A stretch of 44,778 nt of DNA from Catajapyx aquilonaris (taxonomy: Eukaryota): NCBI GenBank assembly GCA_000934665.2, contig KZ538184.1, positions 62,001 to 106,778 on the forward strand. Reading direction: 5' to 3'. Every line of letters begins with the position of its first letter. Position 1 is the first letter of the stretch. A model generated the notes under the pieces. That model searched no databases and was not told where the DNA came from. It worked only from the letters and a program-made list of their open reading frames with translations. The translations under genes and the position numbers were made by a program. Positions 1 through 13,000 of this stretch are shown piece by piece.

Positions 1-537
1 TCAAATGTGCTTTCAGTGCCTATGAAGTGTCACAAAATCAGCAGGAGATGAATCTAGGACCGGATTTTTCAAGGTCACGTCTCTATAGCCTTCATCTGGG
101 CCCCTTGTTTTACGAGCCTCCGGATATTCCTCCAGAACTCATCACATTTTGACTGGAGCTTTTCACCTTGCACGTGTGGCCTCCTGCCAACGCCTTTTTG
201 ACGTGATGTCGATATTTTTTGACGGGAAGGAAAAGAACCCAATTTTGGTTGTCATGACTTGAGGACTATACTAATAACGGACCCATCCCAATATTCATGA
301 ACAGAATGTGTGTGTTCTCTTCTAGAATATAATATAAAAAAGAATTATGTATGAGCCATCCCACTCACACGCCTACACATTGATGTACGCGTATAAAATG
401 TGTGGGCATTATTAACGTGGTCTGCATTATATGATACGAGATCGTAGATAAATAAAATATAATGAGTCACAATGTGGGTTTGAATAATTTGTGAATAATG
501 CTTGCTACATCATCCAAAGTAGCTCTAATCATGACAA

Positions 538-836
538 TTTCAGTGAATTTCGGACGTTTGAAGTTCGCAATTTTCTGCGAAATTCACCGAAATTGTCTCG
601 ATTAGAGCACTACTTTTTTGGGGATAATGTAGCAGGTATTATTGAGACTCACAGTGTGACTTGTTCAGAATTTTTCATGTTATTTATTTATTTACTTGAT
701 GCATTTTTCAAAAATTAGATTTCAGTGAATTATTTTGGAAGTCTTAAGTTCGAAGTTCGCAATTTTCTCTGAAATTTACTGAAATTGTCATAATAATTCG
801 AGCACTATTTTTGGGGGGGTGATGTAGCAAGTTACC
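538..836. repeat. Degenerate direct duplication, about 183-bp period (about 100-bp homologous blocks at about 538-640 and 720-836)
   Basis: Both blocks share tttcagtgaatt, gaagttcgcaattttct, gaaattgtc, gagcacta and atgtagca in the same order. Confidence 0.7.
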
Positions 837-909
837 AAAGTCCTACAGTATAGATGAAGTGCGAGCATTTTGAAACGCTTTGTATTGTGCAAAGTTTGTA
901 CATGATGCA

Positions 910-1110
910 AAGTACATGTGATATGAGGAGAGGACAACAAGTGTTGTGCAAACACTTCTTCAAAACAATGCAGTCGTGCATAATTTGTGAACTGTTTATA
1001 ACGTGCAATTATTGTTGACAAAATAATTGCATGTTATAAGCATTTCAGATATTATTGAAGAAGTGTTTACACAACACTTTTGTTGTCCTCTCGTCATATC
1101 ACATGTACTT
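910..1110. mobile_element. Foldback/MITE-like element with about 55-bp inverted arms (910-963 / 1055-1110)
   Basis: aagtacatgtgatatgaggagaggacaacaagtgttgtgcaaacacttcttcaa is the near-perfect reverse complement of ttgaagaagtgtttacacaacacttttgttgtcctctcgtcatatcacatgtactt. Confidence 0.75.
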
Positions 1111-2605
1111 GTTACTTACCCAGCAACAAGTAAACTGGTTGATAGGTCTGCTACTGTTAAAAATGAATCTCCTTTTTTCTATTCTAACTGCCATCATCTG
1201 TTAGCCAGATAAGACTCCGAGCTAAGAAATCAAGGCGTCACATATTTCACCACGAAACCAGATTGGAAAAGGACAGTGTCATCAGTCAGTCAGAGAGAGA
1301 AAAAAAAGACCTTGCTCCGGAAAGACTACACAAAAGAGATCCGGAAGACATGGCCCCCGGATTCCACCCACGCTGCTTACAACACATGAATGCGAATTAT
1401 GTTCCTGACTTGTTATCCGGAGCAAAAACTGCTTTTGACGCAACCAAGGTTGGGTCTTATTAAATCTGGGGTAATCTACCCTGTAATGAACATATACTTA
1501 AATATTTGGCCCGCCCCAAAAAAGTGTGTCAATGGCATCATCACTAATTGCTGGCACATTTCTAGCAGCGTCTTGCTCAACCAACCTTCAGTTTGAAACT
1601 AATGACATGATGCCTTCAAAATGTAACACCCTGTATCTTTCACCAGTGGGCGTAATATTGCAAGTTTGATTCAAATTGTGCAAGTTGTGGAAAGACCCGT
1701 GTTTAACGAGCCATATATACGTAGGCGGGTTTTCACCCCCCCCCCCCCCCCCCCCTCTGCGAAAATTGATTCGATNCCCCCCTGCCCCCCTCTGCGAAAA
1801 TTGATTCGATATATCACCTCATCACACCCTGTGATAATCGTTGCAACTATCATTTTGCGCATTAGACCCTGATGCCTGTCACATTACCTGGGCGTTAACC
1901 TATGAGCACATTAAGGGTCGTTTCCATTTCGGCTACATCTTTTTTTTTAAATTGGCTATGACTATGACTCGTCACCAACATGCATGCAGTACTAATTTTC
2001 TCCAGGGAGCGGCAGTATAGTGTGCATAGCCTGCGAGCCACCTGATAGTAGCACAGTCGTCCGGAAGAGATTCCGAGAAATAGGCACGAGCACTGAGAGA
2101 ACCGATTCTACATGATTTTTTTGGGTGCCATAATGTGGACTTATCTGCAATTTGGCTTCGATTGAATCAAAGAACAGTACTCGTATGTACTCGGCACGTG
2201 ATATGAGCATCGGATGAGTGGTTGAAACGCTTCTCGCTCTGCACACATCAATTTTGGAACCACCACTCGCTGATTAGTAGCACAACTTAATCACCTACGC
2301 AATTTAGATGCAAATGAACTGAAAGGAAAAGCTGCTGGTGTGTTTATATACACAAGCTTGATGTTACAGAGACGAGTGTGAACTCAATACTTTGCACGTT
2401 CATCTTGAGACAAGAGACATGCAATTACGGGATTCATTACAGTAAGTGGGAATTGAATCTGTTACAGTCTGCTGTCAACATCAAGCAAAGACAATTATGA
2501 CATCGCTGACTGTTATTTACTTTACAGCCCACATTATAATTGCCTGTTGATTTTTAATTTTTAATTATAAAATTGGTAGACCTACAATCTTAGTCACGTA
2601 AAGTG

Positions 2606-3074
2606 TAAAGTCTAAAAATCTTCGAGTGAAAATTTAACTAAAAAATGAACACTTTCGCAATATTCTCTTTTTGAGTGAATTTCAGCACTCAAAAAAGATG
2701 AACTTTAACTCAAATCGACTGGAAAATATATTACTCGAAAGAAGAGTGAAAATAATCAGGAAACTACTACAGTGAGCGAAATTCATATCATTCATTTTGA
2801 GTGAAATGGTAGCTTAGTTGGAATGAAAACATTTCACTCAAGTGATCGAGTGATCACTCAATTTGAGTGATATGGATTCCTCTCGGCAGTTTCCTGCTCA
2901 TTTTCACTTTTCTTTCGAGTAATTTTACACTAGATTTGAGATAAAGTTGATCTTTTGATAGCCCAGTTTGAATGAAAATATTTCACTCAAATTGTGTGTG
3001 TGAGACGGAATCAATCCGATTGAGTGAAAAATTATCATAATTGAGTGGAAAACCACTCAATTTTTTAGAGTGTA
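2606..3074. mobile_element. Non-autonomous TIR element with CACTCTAAAAA-type ends and many internal GAGTGA/TCACTC subrepeats (CACTA/EnSpm-like), copy 1
   Basis: Right end ttttttagagtg|ta, decayed left end ta|aagtctaaaaatc..cgagtgaaa; shares ends and subrepeats with 12284-12773. Confidence 0.65.
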
Positions 3075-4859
3075 CCGTATAATATTGTTTCCAAGATTGT
3101 TTCTTTTTAATGTAGCTCTAACAGTAAGAGTTACTCTGGTATACTGTGCAGAATAAGCAGCTGCTTTCCTCCATACAAGCTTTGGCCGTAGTTGGACCCA
3201 TTTTGGGCAAGACATGGTGGGCATATGTATTATTCATTAACTGTGTTTCCACTCAAATGACCTCATGTCATTCTAACAGAGTAGGGCCTACACATCAGGC
3301 CACAGTGCAACCAACCCGCACCCATAAAACCGCTCGTATTACTCATCAAACCGCGCTTGATACTTACCAAAATAAGCAAATACCGCGTTTAATTCGGTCG
3401 ACCCCAAACGAACCCCGCAGTTTGACCCACCAGTATACCCGCCATCAGTGGAAATGAAAACAACTGTTCCCAGACTCTTGCTCTCATTTCAAACGCACAC
3501 TTACCCCGCAAAGAGACATTACCTTTTCCCTCAAAATGAATAATTTATTCGCCCTACCCGACCGCGCAGCAGGAAACTTGTAACGAGCGAGTGACCCTTC
3601 AAATGAGTTGCAGGACCTCCGCAAGAATGTCCCTCTTTAATGAGTCCTGGAGTCAAGTTCTTTGCACTCTCCTGCGATTGGAGAACTTCATTTTTTTGTT
3701 TGGCGACTCAAACTGCGTGTTCTGGACCACGTCTTGTTGGCGGTATACGGTGTGATCCAACAAATGTTTCGGACAATGGAGCTGTGTCGTAATGATTCAA
3801 TAAAATTCATAGGATGAGTTCTTTGATATCATGGGATCAATTTAAGTAAGAAAGTCATTTGGTGTACGAAGCCTCGTTACTGAGATAATTGACAGCAAAG
3901 TGTACACTATCCTTCAGTGTATGTCCGAAACTTTTTAGACACACAGTACCAAACGCAGCTGCTAAACAGTAACGAATCGCTGCTAAACAGTAGCTGATAA
4001 AATTAGCCAAAATAAATTCATTGCCATTCACAGTATGAATTGATATACTTATGGGCAACTAATATATTGTAGCAGACAAAAAGATAAGTCATCGTAACAA
4101 CAAAACGTAACGGTTTTAAGTAACTGCTTAGAAATAAACAGGCGGTAAAAATTGCATACTGACCACCTGTAGTCTAAGACCTTCTGAATACCTTGAATGG
4201 ATTTTGACTAATATTAGCAGCCAATATGATATTATGATTCTGATAACAGCTGAACGTAACAGTTCGGAAGTAACTGCTTAAAAATAAGCAGGTGGCAAAC
4301 ACCTGTAAGACCTCACAGATATACAGTAAATAATATTTTTCAAGCTACTTATTTTAAAAATTTCTTTGTCCAAAAAGCGCCCAGAATTTATCGTCGGTTT
4401 GTTCCATTCCTGTTTAACGCCTGCCTGATTTGACAAGAGTTGTCTGCGGGCCTTTCCGGCTTTCCCGTACATATACGGGAAGGGGGGGGGGGGTCCCTGT
4501 GCAGAATCGAGCCTTATTTCTCCTCCTCCAAAATGCCAATCGTGCAATCTCCTGGCCCGGAAACTCCGGGTCCAATTACAAACTACTGAGAGGAGGAGGA
4601 GGGGATGTCCTCGGGGCCTCTTTTCGATCCGATTGTGAGTCCGTGGATTCTGTGGGTGTATTTCGGAAAATTGAACTTTGTGTGGGGGGGGAAATAGCTG
4701 CGGCAGACCATCCACCCTGCCCTACTCATTTGTTTCGCGGTTTAAAAAAGTCGTCGGGTCTTATTCTCAGAAAGTGATGTAGCCGGATATTAGAGGATAG
4801 TAAGTCGCCTGATTCTTGACTCATTTCCTGCGGGACCGTCTCTTACATTGGCTCTGGGA

Positions 4860-4923
4860 TCTATTCTTGGAGACAAAAGGTTATTTCCAATACGTCTATT
4901 CTTGGAGACAAAAGGTTATTTCC
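4860..4923. repeat. Tandem duplication of the 29-bp tctattcttggagacaaaaggttatttcc (35-bp period)
   Basis: Two identical copies at 4860-4888 and 4895-4923. Confidence 0.9.
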
Positions 4924-6821
4924 TAACTTTCCGAGAAATAAAGGACAAAGCTGTACGATCTAATATTAGCAGCTAATTCTTTTAATAACCACTGAAATCA
5001 ACTGTTACAAATGAGAAAATAAGCCACTTCATCCATTATACTAATATTATACACATTTTGGATTTGTTTAGTATTATTAATGAACTAGAAATAATTTAGC
5101 ACAGGTTTTGTTTATTATTCATGTGTTTATTATTTCATTTGTTACGAATTAATCAATGTTATTGATGCACATTGCATTCCACGTAATTAGTATCCAGAAC
5201 TGATACGCATAAAACCGGTCATTTGACGTGAAAATTGCCGAAAATACAAACCGACATGATTGTGTCAAAATGTGTTAAGATTTCAATTGAACGTACCAAA
5301 TAATTAGTTTTTTCCCCCCCTGGAACCTTTTATCTGTGTAATACACATTGTGTCACAAATTTTAGCAGGCGATTGGGCAAAATTACGACGCGCAATGTTC
5401 CGTCACAAATTACTGGATGGCATTAAATTGACATGATCGAATCATATATTAAATAATTACTTTAACCGTTCGGGTGGCGTCATCCTAAATTTTTTTCTTA
5501 CACATCAGCAAATTGCTTCTGAAATGCCCAACAGTGTGTGCAGGATGGGAACAAATTATTGGGGGGATCAAGCCCACTAGAATCGAAGTGTCTCGCACTT
5601 TAAAACATGGGATTTAAACCGGACAGACTAATCCCCATTAAATCTGGACCAAATCCCTTCTGGGCGATAAAAGCTTAACCATTGTCTTTCCAAATGATAA
5701 ACCGCAAAGGTGTAGTCTTTTCCTCAGTTAAAAAATTTAACGTGATAACGATTTAAACTCTTTAAAGACACAATTATTCGTACAGACCATCTTAACCATC
5801 ATCAAGCAAGACGTCTTGAAGACATAATGAGTCATATAATTTTTTGCATGATCTATTTTTGGGCGAATGTCAGCGTTAGTAGAGTCGAAAATGTGCGGAA
5901 TTCGTTACCTATAGAGAGCCAGAGGTTCTGGTGTGTTTGCTTCTCTGTTGACGCCAAGCGCTGTTTCATTAGGTTTTATATCCCCCAAAAGCCTGGAGGG
6001 AACAACATGGTTTCTGCTTCCCCCAAAGGAACGCTAAGAATCTCCAAAAGAATTTTTGGAACGAGCACCGCAATTATTCCGGGTTAAATCTAGGTCATTT
6101 TTTGGCTTTGGCTTGTGGAGTAAAAGAATTTGTGCAAAAATGTAATTAATAATGCCTTTGCAGCAGTTCAATCAGCATTGGAGCTATCCACTGTGAATTA
6201 GTTCATTTGCGACAATTACCGCACCATCTGCTTTAAAGCCCTTATATAATTCAGAAGAAATTAGATCCCTTTTCAATTGATCCAAGAAAGTTGGGCTCCC
6301 AAAAGCAGCGTGTTATTCACTCCCAAATCTCTTGGAAGCGAAAGGCTGACATTTTCTCTTCCACGCTGAAACCTCAAGCGTTCAGAAAATCCGGTTCAAC
6401 AAAAAAAAAACCCTTTTGGCTTGGTTGAGGTCGGTTTTCACCCAAGGAATTCACCGGAGTCCGATGGCAAAATATGCCTTCAATCTGAGGCCTTATCTAG
6501 ACGCAACAGCTACTTTATTCGAGGTGTATTGAGCCAAGGCCTGGCAGCAAATCCGCTGCCTTAATAATTCCCTAAAGGATATTATATGTTCCAAGGGTTC
6601 GATCCGGAAAAGGGGTAGACAAACATGGTTGTTACTCAGAACATGCTGGCAACAAAATGGGGGCCATTTGCACAAAATAATTGAGGACATTATAATTTTA
6701 TCAGCTGAGAATTATTCTGGATGCAATAATTTTTTGGCGGTGATATTGAACAAAAAATTAGCAAATTCTGACCGTCTCCTTTCAGGTCCATAAAACGAGG
6801 AGCATCATATATTAAATCACG

Positions 6822-7054
6822 ATGGATTCAGATAATGATACGTACTACTTGGACAACTCAACCTTCATGTGGGAGGATGAGGACTACAGGATACCAGTGT
6901 TCTACATGGAAAGGCCTGAGGAAATGCTCAATCCAAGCGCCGTCAACCAGCATTTTGTGTCCATCATCATCATCCACGCCATCACTTTCTTGGTTGGGCT
7001 CCTGGGGAACATCGTTGCAGTCACAGTCATGCTAGGAGACAGGAAGTCACGCAG
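6822..7054 (+). CDS. GPCR coding exon 1 (N-terminus, TM1); exon starts at acceptor 6786
   Basis: ctcctttcag|g acceptor at 6785, ATG at 6822, donor CGCAG|gtatga at 7055; MDSDNDT...ITFLVGLLGNIVAVTVMLGDRKSR. Confidence 0.9.
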
Positions 7055-10000
7055 GTATGATCATTGCTAACTTCACTTTGAAACTCGGCTATTGGATACC
7101 ACATTGTTGATACAAGTCAGACAATTTCATCGAATGTTGCACACTTTGCGGTTATGCAGTTAAAGCTGCATATCTGCAATACCTGTACTCAAAAAGTAGC
7201 ATTGCCTATACAATTAGCATAAAATATGGATCGCTCACTTGGAAATGCAGCCTAATGTAGCGCAGGGGTTTTATGTTTTCAGTTTTATGATGTTTCCCAA
7301 GAGCACAGCATATTCTCGTTTGCTCCTCTCCAATTCAGCCAGTTTTACAAGCGCGCACCCAAGAATTTGTCTTCACAAATCATCACTGTAACTATAATTA
7401 TATGAACCCACTGCAACATGCACTTGCATAACGTTACATTTTATATATTACTGTGAGGTTCATAAACACAATTTATGTGGCGTTAATTTGTTATGACTGT
7501 TTATATAATTTCTTATGAGCGCACCCTTGCGCAGCCCCATTGCCTTGGCAACATCGCAAACGTCGGCCATATTGTTTCCCCTCCAGCGTAGCGTTGGAAA
7601 TAAGTACTCTCTAAAAGTATTGTGTACAAATTGATACACAACGTGTGTGCATTATTCTTTGTACACATACTATAGTGTATGTCTGTATGATGTGTACATA
7701 AACTAACAATTTCCAGTGCGACCAACTTGTTCCTCGTGAGCTTGGCAGTGGCAGACCTCCTGCTGCTCCTGGTCTATGCCCCATTGGAGACCCTGCAGTA
7801 CTTTGTGATCCAATGGGACAAAGCAGGGGCCGTGTGCAAGACGGCCAAGTACGCAGAGCTTATTTCGGCAGTCGCATCCGTGCTGAATCTCACGGCCGTC
7901 ACCATGGAAAGGTGAGTGTATATTTTCCCTTCAATGTTCTTTTTGTGTGTGTGTGTGTCCCCAGCAGGTATATAGAGTTCCGTTTTCTTTAACATCTGGT
8001 AGCTCGATAAGTAAAGGATCGATCGGTCGATCTTTTCAGATGTTCAAGTAGTGCGGTGTTTGCTTTTCGCCGCATTGACATGGGTCAGATGGTATGGTGT
8101 AGCCTGCAGAATTAAATTATCCTTCAGAAGGAAAACCACTAGGCTGAGTCGACTTTAGAGATATGAATTATTCACCCGGAGAAACTGGCTCCTTTTGTTG
8201 CCATCTCCCGAGATGATTATTTTAGCTGCGGTTTTAGGCTCAAACTTGGGCTTAGCCTTTGGCGAAAAGCGGTTGGTTATGTAGCGAAACAATAAACTTT
8301 TCTGCATATTATTAAGATAACATATAAAAAATATTTGGCCTATTCCGGCATGTTCCCTATTGTTTCGCAAACTTCTTGCAAATTTTGTTTTCGGAATGAA
8401 TATTATTTTATAATCAATCATGACGCATCTTGTATTAAGTCAGACTGTTTCATTTCTCCGGCGATACTTGCCCGTAATTTTTCATCGCTAATCAACGCAG
8501 GGAGCGACGGACGGCCTTTGTAAATCATCCATAATGCATAAAGACCTGCCATGAACACTTGTTTCATGGCAGTGAGTACCGGCCGGTTGAGATAAATACT
8601 GTACAGAGCTGTACAGCTGCTGCAAACTTTTACGCATTTCTCATCTCCTATTTTGGTCATGTTCGCGGAAAATATTTTGCCAAAAAATGAAGCTGGTATC
8701 AGCTGGCCATTGAACATAATTGGAAAACAATCCGATCGTAAAAAACCGGATTAAATTGATTATTGCCAGTGAGAGAGGTATAGAATATTTTATAATTATT
8801 CTGATGGTAAACGGAGAGGCTGGAATTACAGCAGTGTCTGTTGAATTTGTCCTGAGAGACAGAGGAACATAACCGGAATTCCCAGTCCAATATTCTCTGT
8901 GACTCGGAGCGTTATTGACTGGGATGTACAGCAATTTTGTCCGGATGTGTCTTCGGGTGCTCTTGTTAAAATGAGACCTATTGGTAGCCTATATTGATTG
9001 GAATGCACGAGGATGGCGTTACAAAGTATTCGAGGACAAAAAGAATGTCAAGAACTCATTGAATTTGGTTGATTGGAGATGAATCAATATTTGCAAGTAA
9101 TATGAAAAAACTTTTGAACCTTTGAACATGAATACAAGTGAAAAGTTTGGCAATTTTGCAAAGTATTCGGTCTCACATATTGCAAATCGTCACAGCTATA
9201 GAATAGGAGTTTGAAAAAATTGGGCCAAATATGTACTTTTCAAAGCGTAATTTTTTTTGTTCAAACTTTGGAATCGTTTTTGAATTAATTTTTGGCATTG
9301 AAAAAAAAGCAGAGCAACCTAGGTGTTCATTAATTCGGTTCCAATAATATTATTGTAGTTAAAAATCACTATTATACGGTATGAGTTTCTTTGATGCATT
9401 GTTATGATGCTTGAATAATTGCAACGTGTTATAAGCAGCATACAGTGAGAAAAGAGCTGCTTTGTATACTTGCCATGCAAAATTTTGGAGAAATTTGGAA
9501 TCCACAACCAAGGGCACTTCACTCGGATTACGAGGACCGGTATTCCTTTCTCAAAGGCGACACCTGTGGCAAAATTGCATCATCCTACATATTATGCCAA
9601 CATGAAACCTCCAAGCAAATCTGCACTTACATAATCAACAGAAAGTTTTTAAAAATTCCCGAAATATAATTATGCATGTGTGCTCCAGATAATGAGCGGC
9701 ATAACCTTGGAGATTCGTGCTTCACTCATCAAAGTGGAATGATCTATTCTAGTTCCAGTACGACCCATTACATAGCTGTTGAATCAGAATATAGCAGCAG
9801 GAACTTTAAACGCAACGTTCCTATATAACGATCATCGTAAATTCAGAAATTGAGAGGCCATAAATTTCAGGACCAGTCTTTGCCCTTGGTTCTGAAATGT
9901 ACATTTACGAGCTAAAAATAACGCCCAAGGATTTTTTACGGCCGTTCTATTTAACACCTTACGACAGTCGATTTTTACACACTCAGCTGAATTTTTCGTA

Positions 10001-13000
10001 GATTTCAAAGAGTCTATTTTAATTCCGTGTTAAGCTGAACCTATAGGATTTGGCGAATATTTGACATTTTTATCCATTCGAGGGCTGTACAAATAAAATC
10101 TTATTACATTGACAGTCGTCATATTCAAATGTCGTTATTACGTACATGGCATCAAATTATACGCGAGCTACCGAGTTTCATTTTGCCCCCTCATTTGTAT
10201 CATCGTAACTTCTGGGGCTCTGGGAAACGTCAAAATGTAAAGTTTCTCCGGGTGTAATAAAATCTCCGGATTTTGCTGCCGGTATAGAGATAGAGGTTTC
10301 GTTTGTCGTTTGGGAACAGAGAATTCCTTCCAATTTCTGCTGACTCGACGCCGAAATGTGGCTTCATTTCCTCTTCCCTTGTGTATCCTGCCAAACACCA
10401 AAGGGACGGACAGAGAGAGACCAGGACGAAAATCCTCTCCTTCCCCCTAAAAAGCACTCAAGTCCGGTGAAACTCAACGTTGAAAATCGGGGACACTCTC
10501 CCCAAAAGACCAAAGAGGGACCTGGAAAATAACCCTATACTTTCTACCTTACTACGGATGACAAATTACATAGGTCCAGGCTGAAAAATTCCCAGAAGTG
10601 ACATCGATAATGCTATTAGCAGTAATTAGATTAGTGTTGTCCACAGGTAAATGAGATGTAAAAATGAAATGCACATTTTTAATTGAGAAGTTGCGACCCC
10701 GTTTGTCTTCATTTTGTGCTGCTTTCAGAAAGTTCTGATATATTATAGGAAGGAAATGTTTGAAGTTGACACACTTTGTCCGCTTGTTAAAACGCTCTAA
10801 ATTAAGCAGAAATTTGTAGCTAAAATTGTGGAAGTAAAATTATTTGTACTGATAGTTTGTGGAAAAAAATTTCACTTCAAATATTATTGTATAAAATTTT
10901 GGTCAGTTCTTTACATACTGTATCATTTAATGTCATTATTTATTTAAAAGCAGGAAGCAATGATCCTGTTAATTACCACACGTAATTTTAACCTTAATTA
11001 ATCTTTTATTAAAACACGGTGTGAACTTTTGAGCTTCACTTTACGAATAATGCGCTGTAAGCACTCAAGTCATAATCAGGTAGATTTGATACGATCCCTG
11101 ACTCTGTGGCCATTATGCTAATTCGCACTTTCCAATCACGCTATAATGACTGGCAGCTTCATTTTTTTGCACCGTTTTTCATCGCCTCAGTGTATGTACA
11201 CTTGAAGCTCCGAACGTAATGAGTCGTTGTTCAATAACCGCAGGGGGAAAAAAAACGCGAATCCGAAATGCAAATGTTATTTTGTAGCTGTCAAACTCGC
11301 GTCGAGAAGCGGAATAGGGGAAGCGGAAGAGGAAGTTTTCGCAAATTAGACAAAGGGGAAAGTTTAGTCGTTTGATCTTCATCAACAATCCGCGGAACCG
11401 TCAAAAGTTTGATGAAGAAAAGACGCAACTAACACAATCACTGCAGGATTAAATGTTGATCCATTACATTTTTTTTGCGTATATTGATGTAATTATGTTT
11501 TTTTTTTGCAATTTTTTCAGGTTCATAGTGATAGTGTTTCCGATGCGTTCTCGCTCCGTCTGCACCCTGAGCAACTGTCGAAAGGCCATCCTGGTCGTCT
11601 GGGTCATGTCACTTCTTCTGGCTGTTCCTGTCCTTTTTACCAAAGTAAGTGCATGCTTTAAAATGGCGGATTTGCTTGGGAAGCCTTGCGAAAATATGCT
11701 TCAAGGCTGGTATAGATTAAAATGTACTGTACGTGCACATGTTTAGTCTCTGCTTCGTTAGTTGACACAGACTTTATCTACTGAATATAAAATGAGGAAA
11801 ATATGTCCCGTCGCTATCACATTGTTCGGGATGAAATCTTTAATGTGCTGAGCGTCTATAATCGGCTTGATCTCATTACAACATTAATGGATTCCTCACA
11901 AAAGATCTCGATTAGGTCAAAAGTCACGTCCTCTTCACACCCTGCATACTGGAATAGAAGCTGCCACCAAAGAGCTGTAATAATTGCACTTATCATGACC
12001 CGAAAGTAACGTGCGGTATACTGAAGACTATCTTCATCTTCCAAGTTTGTCAATAACACGTCACTGTAGGAAGAAAGCTATTACTGGAATATGCCCTATA
12101 ACCTGATTATTCAAGCTCTAGGAATAGACTCGGCCACTTTGGCAAAACAAGGAGGATGTTACCTGTATAGCAAATTACTAAGATTAAAATATGGCTGCAA
12201 GGTTCATTACGAAGTTAAGCCAGGTTGTCAAAGAAACTTTGCGAAGATTTTTTTTAAAATGAAGACAGTTATCGTGGCTTGCATACTCTCTAAAAAAATC
12301 CGAGTGAAATTTTCACTCAAAAAGTAGGAGCAATGTCGGAAGATGTTTTTTTTAGTGAATTTTCCTCCATAAAGGTTTACTTGAACTGAATCGGTTTTAG
12401 GAAAAAGGATGTAAGTCACAAAATTGCGATTTTCAGGTTATTCGTCGATGGTATAGTACAACGCAAGGGGCATCTTTTGGTATAGGAACTATGTAAGTCA
12501 GGCCAGCCATGCACGAATAGCAGCATGTTCTCATATCATGATTCTTGGCATAACGCCCTAAGTCAGTGACAGTTTTTTGTCATTCTCCAAAAGTTGTATT
12601 TCTGTGACTTACATCCTTTTTCCTAAAACCGATTCAACTCTAATCGAGTGGAATATTACTCGGAAGCGAATTTTACACTCAAGTGATTTACACTAAAAAA
12701 AGAGTGGGGGACAAATCAAGTAGGCGAAATCACTAAAATCATGTGGAAAAACACTCGAAATTTTTTAAGAGTGACATATCTTCATGGATGAGCCTGACAT
12801 ATTTGACAAAGTATATGTACGAGCCAATATTGTTAAGCAAGGAAGAGATATCAAACTCTGATGGAGCTTCTCTGTCTCTGTATATTATAAGGAGAAACGT
12901 ACAGCATTTTGATGTGGTGTGCAATCTATTTCACGAAACAATGCGTCGGACGTAATGTCGTGGGCTGTCGCGCATTTTGGTCGAAATGCATGACGACCAA

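Noticed and set aside
1736..1810. Duplicated cccctctgcgaaaattgattcgat beside a poly-C run
   Set aside because: An N lies between the copies, so this is likely an assembly overlap artefact. Similar N-in-poly-C sites occur at about 29125 and 41316.
4278..4777. Overlapping 145-aa and 115-aa ORFs in a GC-richer patch
   Set aside because: Driven by G/C runs, with no protein motifs or supporting splice structure.
8546..8572. Short perfect hairpins (8546-8572; also 13987-14014 and 24036-24058) as terminators or miRNAs
   Set aside because: 10-11 bp stems are too short for pre-miRNAs, rho-independent terminators are irrelevant in a eukaryote, and a few are expected by chance or from TE decay.
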